From a candidate division WOR-3 bacterium (GTDB lineage: Bacteria; Hydrothermota; Tepidihabitantia; Tepidihabitantales; Tepidihabitantaceae): a DNA stretch of 50,221 nucleotides. Each line of letters opens with the position of its first letter. Positions within the stretch are counted from its first letter, which is position 1. Below the pieces are notes generated by a model, which did no database searches, had not been told where the DNA came from, and saw only the letters and a program-made list of their open reading frames with translations. This document shows, one piece after another, positions 26,483-35,733 of the stretch. The position numbers and the translations under genes are program-made. The stretch lies in assembly GCA_037441285.1 (NCBI GenBank), contig JBBISL010000009.1, positions 16,730 to 66,950 of the forward strand, written 5' to 3'.

Positions 26483-27111
26483 TGGATAACAGCAATCAGG
26501 AAGAACAGAAGTTAGCAACTCCGGCTACCGCAGCGCCTCAGTATCCGGCTGAGGTCCTTTCCGGGATTGTTGAAGCGCTACTTTTTGCCTGTGACCAGCC
26601 GGTGCCTTTAAGTCGACTGGTGGAAATTACCGGCGCGGATGAGGACCAGATTCGTACGGTAATCACCACTCTGAACCAAACTTATGCCGATACAGGCCGG
26701 GCGTTTCGCATCACGCGGGTTGCCCACGGTTATCAGCTTTACACCCTGCCCGAATATGCCGACTGGATAAGAAAACTGTATCAGCACCAGCGGGTCCAGC
26801 GCCTTTCGCCCGCGGCGCTGGAGGTCCTTGCGATCATCGCCTATCAACAGCCGGTCACCAAGCCAGAGATTGAGAAACTGCGCGGGGTTGACTGTTCGGC
26901 GCCGCTCCTTACACTCTTGGAACGCGGGCTGATTGTGACCGCGGGGCGGGCGCATCGACCAGGAAACCCGTTTCTCTATCGCACAACCCGGGAGTTTCTC
27001 CGTTATTTTGGTCTGGAGTCGCTCGATGAGCTGCCCAGCCTTGAAGAGCTGAGCACCTTCCTTGCGGAACGGGAAACGCCGGAGTCGGACTCAACCCAAT
27101 CGACCTCTTGA
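26479..27111 (+). CDS. scpB: SMC-Scp complex subunit ScpB
   Basis: EALLFA, LSPAALEVLAIIAYQQPVT, RGVD, YRTTREFLRYFGL. Confidence 0.95.
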   Translation: MMDNSNQEEQKLATPATAAPQYPAEVLSGIVEALLFACDQPVPLSRLVEITGADEDQIRTVITTLNQTYADTGRAFRITRVAHGYQLYTLPEYADWIRKLYQHQRVQRLSPAALEVLAIIAYQQPVTKPEIEKLRGVDCSAPLLTLLERGLIVTAGRAHRPGNPFLYRTTREFLRYFGLESLDELPSLEELSTFLAERETPESDSTQSTS

Positions 27112-27638
27112 AGCCGGTTAAACTCATCGTTGGGATTATTGCCCGCAACCAGGATGTTCTGGAACAGGGCGTTAAACTTCTTGGGCAGGCATTTGGTCCG
27201 GTTGAGTTGAGAAGCCCGATTATCCCCTGGGACTTTTCCGATTACTATGAGGAAGAGATGGGTTCAGGTCTGCTGCGGTGCTGGGTGGCGCATCAAGGCG
27301 TTTTTGAACCGGACCGGCTAATTTCATTTAAGAAAACCGCCATCGCACTTGAAGGGCAACTCAAAGATGCGCTGGGCCGGCGGCAGGTGAATCTGGACCC
27401 CGGGATTCTTTCCCTGCACAATTTTATCCTGGCGACAACCAAAGATTACTCCCACCGCATTTATCTTAAAGAGGGCATCTACGCCGAGGTGACCTTAATA
27501 TATCAACAGGGAAGGTTTCAGCCTCTTGCCTGGACCTATCCTGACTATCGCACCGCCATTTGTCTGGAATTCCTCCGTGCTTGCCGTAACCGGTTACTCG
27601 AAGAAGAGAAGTTACGGCGTAGAACCGAAATCACATAA
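27108..27638 (+). CDS. DUF4416 family protein
   Basis: YYEEEMG, RQVNLDPG, LATTKDYSHRIYL, WTYPDY. Confidence 0.85.
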   Translation: MKPVKLIVGIIARNQDVLEQGVKLLGQAFGPVELRSPIIPWDFSDYYEEEMGSGLLRCWVAHQGVFEPDRLISFKKTAIALEGQLKDALGRRQVNLDPGILSLHNFILATTKDYSHRIYLKEGIYAEVTLIYQQGRFQPLAWTYPDYRTAICLEFLRACRNRLLEEEKLRRRTEIT

Positions 27639-27655
27639 ACCCAAACAGGGCCCGG

Positions 27656-27820
27656 TTACTCTGGTTCGGGTGTGGAAAACCGTTCAATCACCTCGCCGAT
27701 TTTGTTTTGAAACTCCTCAGCAGTGAAAACTCCCTTGTCAATCAACACCTCGACGAGTGCTGCAATCTCAATTAGCGCTTCCACGACCGCTTCGTTATGG
27801 CTATTGTGCTCTTCGGCCAC
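27656..27820 (-). CDS. Small acidic hypothetical protein (54 aa, missing from ORF track)
   Basis: GTG start 5 nt after AAAGGAGG; MAEEHNSHNEAVVEALIEIAALVEVLIDKGVFTAEEFQNKIGEVIERFSTPEPE. Confidence 0.8.
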   Translation of the reverse strand: MAEEHNSHNEAVVEALIEIAALVEVLIDKGVFTAEEFQNKIGEVIERFSTPEPE

Positions 27821-27949
27821 GCTGCCTCCTTTAACAGGTAAATTTTAACGGACCTTGCCGGCTACGAGGTCACAAGAAATTTGTGCTGCCCACGAAAACC
27901 GACCTTGGCACGGGGAATAGAGCATTCGTCCGCGTTATTGATGAAAGAG

Positions 27950-28021
27950 AGCGGCCATCGGGGCAAACGGCAATTACATAGTTGACCGCTTTGCGGGCGA
28001 ACGATTTTCACCCCTACCGAT
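27950..28021 (-). ncRNA. Candidate structured RNA (sRNA or riboswitch-like 5' leader)
   Basis: Three-way junction: AUCGG/CCGAU closing stem, GGGUGAA-AAUCG-UUCGCCC, GCAAAGCGGUCAA-CUAUGUAA-UUGCCGUUUGC; starts 6 nt after the -10 element. Confidence 0.55.
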
Positions 28022-28027
28022 GATAAC

Positions 28028-28055
28028 AGTTTACCGGGAAATTTTGGGCAATCAA
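28028..28055 (-). promoter_or_regulatory. sigma70-type promoter
   Basis: TTGATT-16-TAAACT. Confidence 0.55.
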
Positions 28056-28078
28056 GTTAAGGCGAGCGGGATTCTGTA

Positions 28079-28107
28079 TTGACAAATATCAAGGGGGGCT
28101 TTACAAT
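28079..28107 (+). promoter_or_regulatory. sigma70 promoter of plsC
   Basis: TTGACA-17-TACAAT; SD GAGGTG before ATG 28132. Confidence 0.75.
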
Positions 28108-28131
28108 AAACAGGAGTTGTGAGGTGTCAAA

Positions 28132-28896
28132 ATGAGTGCTAATTTCACGCCGGAGAATAAAAGGGCAGAGCCGGTTGTGTTCGGGCAGGAGAAGTTTGCC
28201 CGAAAGGTATGGGCGTGGGTGAAGGCGGTGCTCCTTACCCTTTACGGGCTGCTAATCCGGATTCGGGTGGTTGGTAAGGAGCGGGTAGCGCTGCCAATCA
28301 AAAGCGGGTTTGTGGTTGCGGCAAATCATCTGACCGGAGCGGATTCGATTGTGATTCAACTGGCGTTGCGGACCAGGGTGTTTTTCCTCGCGGCGGCGAA
28401 GTGGTTCCATTCGCGGTTTGTCGGGTTCTGGATGAGAAATCTGTGTGACACGATGCCGGTGGCAATTGGCAAGGGTAATGAAAACATCCCGACTTTGCGG
28501 CGCAGTGTCCAGATGTTGAAGCAGGGCGCGGTGTTGGGTGTCTATCCTGAGGGTGAGTTGAACCGCCGGGGGTGCGTTGACCATCTCTACGACGGGACCG
28601 CCTGGCTGGCGGTGCGGGCGCAAGTACCGGTGGTACCGGTGTATGTTGCCGGGTTGAAACTGGGACCGGAACCCAATTCCAAAGCCGGTCTGGACGAAGC
28701 CTGGGAGGGGTTCTTTTCGGTGGTGGGGAATTTGCTGAATCGCAATATCGTGGTGGCGATTGGTGAGCCAATTGAACCGCCGGCGGTACCGCCTTCTTCG
28801 GCCGAGGAGTTGAAGCGGGAGCTGAGGCGCATCAATCAGCGGTTGGAGGAGGAGTTTTCCCGATTACGGGTGAGCGTTGACCCAAGGAGAAATTGA
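28132..28896 (+). CDS. plsC: Lysophospholipid acyltransferase (PlsC family)
   Basis: ANHLTGAD (HX4D), YPEG, VPVVPV. Confidence 0.85.
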   Translation: MSANFTPENKRAEPVVFGQEKFARKVWAWVKAVLLTLYGLLIRIRVVGKERVALPIKSGFVVAANHLTGADSIVIQLALRTRVFFLAAAKWFHSRFVGFWMRNLCDTMPVAIGKGNENIPTLRRSVQMLKQGAVLGVYPEGELNRRGCVDHLYDGTAWLAVRAQVPVVPVYVAGLKLGPEPNSKAGLDEAWEGFFSVVGNLLNRNIVVAIGEPIEPPAVPPSSAEELKRELRRINQRLEEEFSRLRVSVDPRRN

Positions 28897-28914
28897 GGTA
28901 AAATCGTTTTCGGT

Positions 28915-29919
28915 ATGCGTCAGAAGGAGTATCAGGCGCCCGAGGATGTTTTTGCGGATGTAGCGTCCAAACGGCTCCGTTCGGTTTATCTGTTTTACGA
29001 CAGTGAGCCGCTTTTTGTTGAGGAGTTTGTCCGGGTTTTAAAACGGAAGTTGCTTGTTCCCGGTTTAGAGGTGTTCGATTTTGAAAAAATTGATGCGCAC
29101 GAGGTTCGGGGTGATATTGTCGGTACGATTGAGGCGGCGGCACGGCAGTTGCCGGTCGCAGCACCGCGGCGGCTGGTGGTGGTTGAGCACTTAGAGGAGT
29201 TGCGCAAGGAGGCGCTGGAGAAGGTGTGCGGCGTGTTTGTCAGTTTGCCGGATTCGGTGACGGTGGTGGCAAATTGCGAGTATGAGAAGGGGTTGAAGGA
29301 GGTTTTTAAGAAAACTGGAGTGGAACGGTTTGTGGTGCAGTTGCGGGCGCCGGAGGGTGATGGGCTGGTGCGGTTGTTGAAAAGCTGGGGTGAGGCGGCA
29401 GGGCTGAAGTTTGACGATGGGGCGGCACAGTGTCTGGTTGAGGTGTGCGGGAGTGATTTGCGGTTTCTTAAAGGGGAGATGGATAAATTGGAGACGGTGC
29501 TGGATGCCGGGGAAACGGTTACCGAGGATGTGGTAAAGCGGTATGTCAGTTCAACGCGGGTTTTTGAGTTGCAGGAGTTTATTCGTATGGTGCGGGAGCG
29601 CAATGCCGGGGAGGCGCTGCGTTTGTTGCGACGGCTTGAGGAGAAGGGCGAGGAGCCGTTGCGGATTGTGGTCAATTTAGGTTATGCGCTCTTGAACTGG
29701 TTGCGCAGACCGGACTATTATCCGAAAGAGATGCCGTGGGGTGAAGGTACGGTCCGGACCCGGCGCCTGTATAAGGCGATTGACGCACTTTACGAAATCA
29801 ACCGGCGGATTGTTTCCGGCCATCCGGAACCATTTGCTTTACTTGATATGTGGCTGGTCTGGGCGCTGGGAGCCGGGAGAGGAAGAGAAGCGGTGAAAGG
29901 AAGGTCGAGTTATGAGTGA
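28915..29919 (+). CDS. holA: DNA polymerase III subunit delta
   Basis: VYLFY, QLPVAAPRRLVVV, GSDLRFLKGEMDKL; adjacent to leuS. Confidence 0.85.
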   Translation: MRQKEYQAPEDVFADVASKRLRSVYLFYDSEPLFVEEFVRVLKRKLLVPGLEVFDFEKIDAHEVRGDIVGTIEAAARQLPVAAPRRLVVVEHLEELRKEALEKVCGVFVSLPDSVTVVANCEYEKGLKEVFKKTGVERFVVQLRAPEGDGLVRLLKSWGEAAGLKFDDGAAQCLVEVCGSDLRFLKGEMDKLETVLDAGETVTEDVVKRYVSSTRVFELQEFIRMVRERNAGEALRLLRRLEEKGEEPLRIVVNLGYALLNWLRRPDYYPKEMPWGEGTVRTRRLYKAIDALYEINRRIVSGHPEPFALLDMWLVWALGAGRGREAVKGRSSYE

Positions 29920-32374
29920 TTACCCAATAAGAGAAATAGAGCGGAAATGGCAACGGTTCTGGGATGAAAAAGGGGTTTTTAAGACGAATCCCAACCCGAA
30001 GAAGAAGTATTATGTCTTGGAGATGTTTCTCTATCCTTCGGGTGATATGCATCTGGGGCACGCCCGCAATTACTGTATCGGCGACTGTGTGGCGCGGCTC
30101 AAGATGATGCAGGGATACGATGTTTTGCACCCGTTTGGCTGGGACGCGTTCGGTCTGCCGGCGGAAAATGCGGCGATTGAGCACAACATCCCACCCTGGG
30201 TCTGGACCTTTGATTCGATTGACCTGTGCAAGAGAAATCTTAAACTGCTGGGCATCGGCTATGACTGGGACCGGGAGGTTACGACCTGTCGGCCCGAGTA
30301 TTATCGCTGGAATCAGTGGTTGTTTTTGAAGTTTTATGAACGGGGGCTGGTTTACCGCAAGGAGGCTTATGTCAACTGGTGTCCGCGCTGCCAGACGGTG
30401 CTGGCGAATGAGCAGGTGGTGGAAGGCAGGTGTTACCGTTCGAGTTGTGCGGCGCCGGTGGAGAAGAAGAAGTTGACCCAGTGGTTTTTCAAAATCACCG
30501 AGTATGCCCAGGATTTGCTGGACGGGATTGAGGAGTTGACGGGCTGGCCGGAAAGTGTGCGGGTGATGCAGCGCAACTGGATTGGCCGGTCCGAAGGGGT
30601 TGAGGTCGATTTTCAACTGGACGACGGCACGAAGATTCCGGTGTGGACGACCCGGCCTGATACGCTTTACGGGGTGACATTTCTGGCGCTGGCACCGGAT
30701 GCGCCCCTGGCGGAAACGATTGCGCGCGGTACAGCGCAAAAACAGGCGGTGGCGGAGTTCTGTAACCGGGTTCTAATTCAGCCCGAGATTGAGCGGACCG
30801 CAGCGGGCAGAGAGAAGCAGGGGATTTTCACGGGCCGGTTTGCCCAAAACCCGTTGAGCGGCGAACGGGTACCAATTTACATTGCCGACTTTGTGCTTGC
30901 CGGTTACGGAACCGGAATGGTGATGGGTGTGCCCGGACACGACCAGCGGGACTTTGAGTTTGCCCGGAAGTATCAGATTCCGATTAAAGTGGTGATTGTG
31001 CCCGAAGGCAAAACGCTGGTGCCCGAAGCGATGACCGCTGCCTACAGCGAGCCAGGGGTGATGGTCAACTCCGGCCCGTTTGACGGCACACCTTCGGAAC
31101 AGGGCATTCAACGGGTGATTGAGGAGCTGGAAAGGCGCGGGATTGGCCGGCGCAGGGTACAGTACCGGCTGAAAGACTGGCTTATCTCCCGGCAGCGCTA
31201 CTGGGGGACACCGATTCCGATGATACACTGCCGGCACTGCGGGATTGTACCGGTTCCCTATGAGCAGTTGCCGGTGCTTTTGCCGCCCGATGTCAAGGAT
31301 TACAAACCCAAAGGCAAGTCGGTCCTTGCCGGGGTGGAGTCGTTTATCAACACCACCTGTCCGAAGTGCGGTGGTCCGGCGCAGCGCGACCCGGATACGA
31401 TGGACACCTTTGTTGACTCTTCCTGGTACCATCTGCGCTACACCGACCCGCACAACGACCAACTGCCCTTTGAACGGGGCAAGGCGGACCAGTGGTTGCC
31501 AATTGATGAGTACATCGGTGGTATTGAACACGCCTGTGGCCATCTGATTTTCTTCCGATTCTTTACCCAGGTTTTGCACGACCTCGGCATGGTCTCGGTA
31601 AAAGAGCCGTGCCGGGTTTTGCACACGCAGGGGATGGTTTCGCTGGAGGGTAAGACGATGTCTTCATCCCGGCGGCATGGGGTGTGGGTTGGACCGTTTG
31701 TTGAGGAGCACGGTGCCGACTGTGCCCGACTCGGGGTGCTCTTCGCCGCACCACCGGAGAAGCCGCTGGAGTGGTCAAATGAACTTGTTACCGGTGTCAA
31801 GCGGTTTATTGCCCGAATCTGGCGGTTGTTTGAAGAGGCGGGTTATCAACTGCCGCCGGATGAACTTACGGTGGACAAATTGAATGCCGAGGAGAAGAAA
31901 CTTTACATCCGGCTGAACCAGACCCATAAGAAGGTGATAACCGATGCGGACAACTTCCAGTTTAACACCGCAATCAGCGCCCTGATGGAGTTTTTGAACG
32001 AGTTGTATCTGTTCCCGGACCGGAACGCACCGGTGTTTAAGTTCGCCCTGGTGCGGTTTGTCAGACTGCTGGCGCCGTTTGCGCCCCATCTGAGCGAGGA
32101 GTTGTGGCACCGCTACTATCCGGAGAAAGGGTCAATTTTTACCGAGCGGATGCCGGAATGGGATGAGCGGTTTGTGCATTTTGACACGATTGAGATACCA
32201 ATCCAGGTGAACGGAAAACTGCGGGGTAAAGTGGTTGTGAGCCGGACAAGCGGCGAGGAGGAGGTGAAAAAGGCGGCACTGGAGAGTAAGGATGTCGCGC
32301 CCCATATTGAGGGGAAAGAGGTGGTACGGGTGGTTTTGATACCGGGCCGGGTGGTAAACATCGTGGTCCGTTAA
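29912..32374 (+). CDS. leuS: Leucine--tRNA ligase
   Basis: YVLEMFLYPSG-HLGH, GWDAFGLPAENAA, TTRPDT editing domain, DWLISRQRYWG, TMDTFVDSSWY, YIGGIEHA. Confidence 0.97.
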   Translation: MSDYPIREIERKWQRFWDEKGVFKTNPNPKKKYYVLEMFLYPSGDMHLGHARNYCIGDCVARLKMMQGYDVLHPFGWDAFGLPAENAAIEHNIPPWVWTFDSIDLCKRNLKLLGIGYDWDREVTTCRPEYYRWNQWLFLKFYERGLVYRKEAYVNWCPRCQTVLANEQVVEGRCYRSSCAAPVEKKKLTQWFFKITEYAQDLLDGIEELTGWPESVRVMQRNWIGRSEGVEVDFQLDDGTKIPVWTTRPDTLYGVTFLALAPDAPLAETIARGTAQKQAVAEFCNRVLIQPEIERTAAGREKQGIFTGRFAQNPLSGERVPIYIADFVLAGYGTGMVMGVPGHDQRDFEFARKYQIPIKVVIVPEGKTLVPEAMTAAYSEPGVMVNSGPFDGTPSEQGIQRVIEELERRGIGRRRVQYRLKDWLISRQRYWGTPIPMIHCRHCGIVPVPYEQLPVLLPPDVKDYKPKGKSVLAGVESFINTTCPKCGGPAQRDPDTMDTFVDSSWYHLRYTDPHNDQLPFERGKADQWLPIDEYIGGIEHACGHLIFFRFFTQVLHDLGMVSVKEPCRVLHTQGMVSLEGKTMSSSRRHGVWVGPFVEEHGADCARLGVLFAAPPEKPLEWSNELVTGVKRFIARIWRLFEEAGYQLPPDELTVDKLNAEEKKLYIRLNQTHKKVITDADNFQFNTAISALMEFLNELYLFPDRNAPVFKFALVRFVRLLAPFAPHLSEELWHRYYPEKGSIFTERMPEWDERFVHFDTIEIPIQVNGKLRGKVVVSRTSGEEEVKKAALESKDVAPHIEGKEVVRVVLIPGRVVNIVVR

Positions 32375-32384
32375 GGAGGTTGCG

Positions 32385-32801
32385 ATGAGGGGAGTTTTCT
32401 GGTTTCTCCTGATAGTATTGGCGTTTTTGTTCGGGCTTTTGATATTCAACTTCACCCGGCAGCGGGTGAACCAGGCCGGACTGGTGGTTTTTGAAGTAAC
32501 CGCCGAGTCGATTCAGGCGTTTGAGCGCCGGGTCGCAGAACTGGAAAGCAGCGCGGTGGTGCTGCGCAACCGGCTGAGTTCCTCGGCGTTGATTGAGCGG
32601 GTTTTTCTCAACCGCCGGCTTGACTATCTTGAAGGGCAGGTTCGGGACCTGAAGGCGGCACTGGCGCAGTGGCGCGCCTCAAAGGATGTCAAGTCAGCAG
32701 CCGATATCTATCGCCAGTGTCTGTTGCTCTATGGCAAGGCGTCCGGCGTTTGTGACCTGCTGGGAAGTGATACCCTGCCGCCAGCCGAAAAGGTGAGGTA
32801 G
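32385..32801 (+). CDS. Hypothetical membrane-anchored coiled-coil protein
   Basis: SD AAGGAGG; N-terminal TM helix followed by heptad-rich region. Confidence 0.75.
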   Translation: MRGVFWFLLIVLAFLFGLLIFNFTRQRVNQAGLVVFEVTAESIQAFERRVAELESSAVVLRNRLSSSALIERVFLNRRLDYLEGQVRDLKAALAQWRASKDVKSAADIYRQCLLLYGKASGVCDLLGSDTLPPAEKVR

Positions 32802-32804
32802 CAA

Positions 32805-34334
32805 CTGGAAAGGGTTTTAGTCTTAGATTTCGGCTCCCAGTACACCCAGTTAATTGCCCGGCGCGTCCGGGAGTTGCGGGTTTTCTCGGAGATTGTGCCC
32901 TTCAACATCGCACCGGAAGAGATACTGAGCCGTCAGGCACGGGCGCTGGTTCTTTCCGGCGGTCCGGCAAGCGTGTTTGAGAAGAAGGCACCCTTACCGG
33001 ACCGAGCGATTTTCAGTTTGGGCATCCCGATTCTCGGGATTTGCTACGGGATGCAACTCACCGCCGATCTTTTAGGGGGAAAGGTGACACGCGGCGGCGC
33101 GCGGGAGTACGGCGGTGCCCAGTTTGAGAAGGTTCGGTCGAGCCCGCTTTTCGCCGGGCTACCAGCGCGGTTTTCGGTGTGGATGAGTCATGGCGATTCG
33201 GTGACCCGAGTGCCTGCCGGGTTTGAGAAGTTAGGCAGGACCGGACATCTCGCCATCGCGGCAATGGCACAGGAGTCACGGCGCATTTACGGGGTGCAGT
33301 TTCATCCGGAGGTGGAGCACACGCCGCAGGGAAAGAAGATTCTGGCAAACTTTCTGTTCCGCATCGCCCGGTGCCAGCCCGAATGGACGATGCAGGAGTT
33401 CATTGCGGAAAAGACCGCGGAAATCAGAAAGACGGTGGGGGAAAAGCGGGTTTTGTGTGCGGTTTCCGGTGGGGTTGACTCGACCGTTCTCGCCACATTG
33501 CTTTACCGGGCAGTGGGTCGGCAACTGGTAGCGGTTTTCGTTGACAACGGACTTTTGCGTTCCCGGGAACCGGAGATGGTTTTAAAGACGCTGCGGCGCC
33601 GGCTACCGGTGCGGTTTGTGCCGGCAGCAGAACGGTTTTTAACCCGGCTCAAGGGTGTTACCGACCCGGAGAAGAAGCGACGCATCATCGGTAACGAGTT
33701 TATCCGGGTGTTTGAAGATGTGGCAAGGGAGCTGGGTGGAATCGAATTTCTGGCGCAGGGCACGCTGTATCCGGACCTGATTGAGTCGCGCTCGGCGTTC
33801 GGTGGTCCTTCGGCAACAATTAAGACCCATCACAATGTGGGCGGTTTGCCCCGGGATTTGAAGTTTAAACTGATTGAGCCGCTAAAGGAGCTGTTCAAGG
33901 ATGAGGTCCGGCGTTTGGGTCGGGCGCTGCACATCCCGAAGCCGATTCTTGAGCGGCACCCATTTCCGGGTCCGGGGCTGGCGGTGCGCATCTTAGGTGC
34001 GGTAACACCGGAGCGGCTGAAACTGGTGCGCGCCGCAGACGAAATTTTCATCACGGAACTGCACCGTTCAGGGTACTATCACAAGGTCTGGCAGGCGCTG
34101 TGTGTGCTTTTGCCGGTGCGTTCGGTTGGGGTGATGGGTGATGAGCGAACCTATGAGAATGTCGTTGCCCTGCGTGCGGTGACATCAACCGATGCGATGA
34201 CTGCAGATTGGGCACGACTGCCGGAAGATTTGCTCGCCCGCATTGCCGCTCGGATTACCAATGAGGTGCCGGGTATCAATCGCGTGGTTTACGACATCTC
34301 CTCAAAACCACCGGCAACGATTGAGTGGGAGTAG
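32805..34334 (+). CDS. guaA: GMP synthase (glutamine-hydrolysing), CTG start
   Basis: VLVLDFGSQYTQLIARRVRE lies upstream of the track start; SGGP, GICYG, QFHPEV, SGGVDS, KPPATIEWE. Confidence 0.96.
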   Translation: MERVLVLDFGSQYTQLIARRVRELRVFSEIVPFNIAPEEILSRQARALVLSGGPASVFEKKAPLPDRAIFSLGIPILGICYGMQLTADLLGGKVTRGGAREYGGAQFEKVRSSPLFAGLPARFSVWMSHGDSVTRVPAGFEKLGRTGHLAIAAMAQESRRIYGVQFHPEVEHTPQGKKILANFLFRIARCQPEWTMQEFIAEKTAEIRKTVGEKRVLCAVSGGVDSTVLATLLYRAVGRQLVAVFVDNGLLRSREPEMVLKTLRRRLPVRFVPAAERFLTRLKGVTDPEKKRRIIGNEFIRVFEDVARELGGIEFLAQGTLYPDLIESRSAFGGPSATIKTHHNVGGLPRDLKFKLIEPLKELFKDEVRRLGRALHIPKPILERHPFPGPGLAVRILGAVTPERLKLVRAADEIFITELHRSGYYHKVWQALCVLLPVRSVGVMGDERTYENVVALRAVTSTDAMTADWARLPEDLLARIAARITNEVPGINRVVYDISSKPPATIEWE

Positions 34335-34416
34335 TTACGCATTATACCGTGCCTGGTACCGTTTAGCAGTTTACCATCCGTGAAAGAGGAGCAAAAGTTA
34401 AAGGAGGTAAAAGGAT

Positions 34417-34497
34417 ACCCTCACCTTTTTCCCCTCTTACAAATTGAGGGTGGTGAGCTGGTAGATTTGTTCCTTCTTGTCAAGGGAAGGGAGAAAG
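34417..34497 (+). repeat. Degenerate REP-like palindromes between convergent guaA and GNAT
   Basis: ACCCTCACCTTTTTCCCCTCTTACAAATTGAGGG and TTCCTTCTTGTCAAGGGAAGGGAG. Confidence 0.55.
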
Positions 34498-34620
34498 ACG
34501 GGGTAATGGGAAGGGTCCCGGAAACGGTCCAGGGGGCGGCGGGCGGTGCCGGGTAAGTTTATGATAGGATGTAAGTTAGAAGAAAGGTGGTGAATTTTTT
34601 GCCCGGGTGGGGTCAAAACT

Positions 34621-35733
34621 TTATATGGGCTTTTCAACCACCCGGTACTTTTTGTACACTTCGCCGCCCAGTTCCCGGTCAAATTCGTTGATGAGCCAGT
34701 TGTCTTCAAGGTTCCAGGACAGTTCGCACCACTGATAGCCCTTTTGCCGCATATACCTTTCGGTTTCGTAGAATAAGAGAACCGGCAAGCCAAGCCGGCG
34801 AAATTCAGCCTTGAAACCGAATACAATCGCCCGGGCGCCGGTTATTTTCCGGCGGTAGTAGAGGAATTTAATTAATCCGATTATTCCCAGTTTACCATTT
34901 AGATGCTTTAAAACCTGATTCATATCGGGCAAAGTGATGGCGAGTCCAGCCGGTTTGCCCTGATAAAAGGCGAAAAGGACCATATTGGGGTCGGCAAAGG
35001 TTTTGAGGTTCTGGGCAAGGAGGTTCATCTCCTTTTCGGTCATCGGTGAAAATCCCCAGTTCTTTTCCCAGGAGGCGTTGTACAGTTCCTTAATAATCGC
35101 CATCTCCGACGGTAGATTTTTCATATTGATGGGCCGCACCGTGATATTGGGATTGGCGCGGAGCCGCTGGGCAAGCGCCACGAGTCTTTCCGGCATCGGG
35201 GTTGAGGCGTATTTAATAAAGGCGAGGAGGTCTTTAGCCTTGACGAACCCATAATTTTCGGCAAGGCGCAGGTAATAGGGCGGGTTGTAGGGCATCATCA
35301 AAGCGGGTGGCTTGTCGTAACCTTCAAGGAGGAAACCCCACTCATCGTTGGAGGAAGGGCTCATCGGTCCGCGCAGCCGGTTCATCCCGCGCGTCCTGAC
35401 CCATTGAGCGGCGGCGTCAAACAGCGCATTTGCCACTTCCGGGTCGTCAACACACTCAAAGAAGCCAAATGAACCCAATTTTTCAGCCCAGAGGTTGTTG
35501 TAGTTGTGGTCGATTTGCGCCGAGATGCGACCCGCTACTTTACCGGCTTTTTCGGCGAGGAACAGGGTGCCGATGGCGTGCTCCCAGAACGGGTGGTGCG
35601 AGAAGTCAAGGATTGCCGCGACCTCTTTCTTAAGGGGTGGTACCCAGTACGGGTTTCCCCGGTATAGGACAAAGGGCAGGTCGATAAACCGCTGCAAATC
35701 CGGGCGGTTCTTGACCTCAGTGATGGTCACCAT
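34621..35733 (-). CDS. GNAT-family N-acetyltransferase (YghO-like)
   Basis: FIDLP, WVPPL, GRISAQID, FGFFEC, MPYNPPYY, NWGFSPMT, ELSWNLEDN. Confidence 0.82.
   Translation of the reverse strand: MVTITEVKNRPDLQRFIDLPFVLYRGNPYWVPPLKKEVAAILDFSHHPFWEHAIGTLFLAEKAGKVAGRISAQIDHNYNNLWAEKLGSFGFFECVDDPEVANALFDAAAQWVRTRGMNRLRGPMSPSSNDEWGFLLEGYDKPPALMMPYNPPYYLRLAENYGFVKAKDLLAFIKYASTPMPERLVALAQRLRANPNITVRPINMKNLPSEMAIIKELYNASWEKNWGFSPMTEKEMNLLAQNLKTFADPNMVLFAFYQGKPAGLAITLPDMNQVLKHLNGKLGIIGLIKFLYYRRKITGARAIVFGFKAEFRRLGLPVLLFYETERYMRQKGYQWCELSWNLEDNWLINEFDRELGGEVYKKYRVVEKPI

Noticed and set aside
27864..28013. 49-codon GTG ORF on the - strand inside the leader (MKIVRPQ...)
   Set aside because: No SD, no recognisable protein features, and it overlaps strongly base-paired sequence
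27950..28021. c-di-GMP-I or c-di-AMP riboswitch, or tmRNA 5' end
   Set aside because: Only fragments resemble them (CGCAAAG, GGGGTGAA); the GGCAAA..GAAA..GACGCAAA order, the ydaO core and a tmRNA 3' T-arm/CCA are all missing
29798..31624. Long antisense ORFs 29798-30739 and 30773-31624
   Set aside because: Shadow frames of leuS caused by codon bias; no independent motifs
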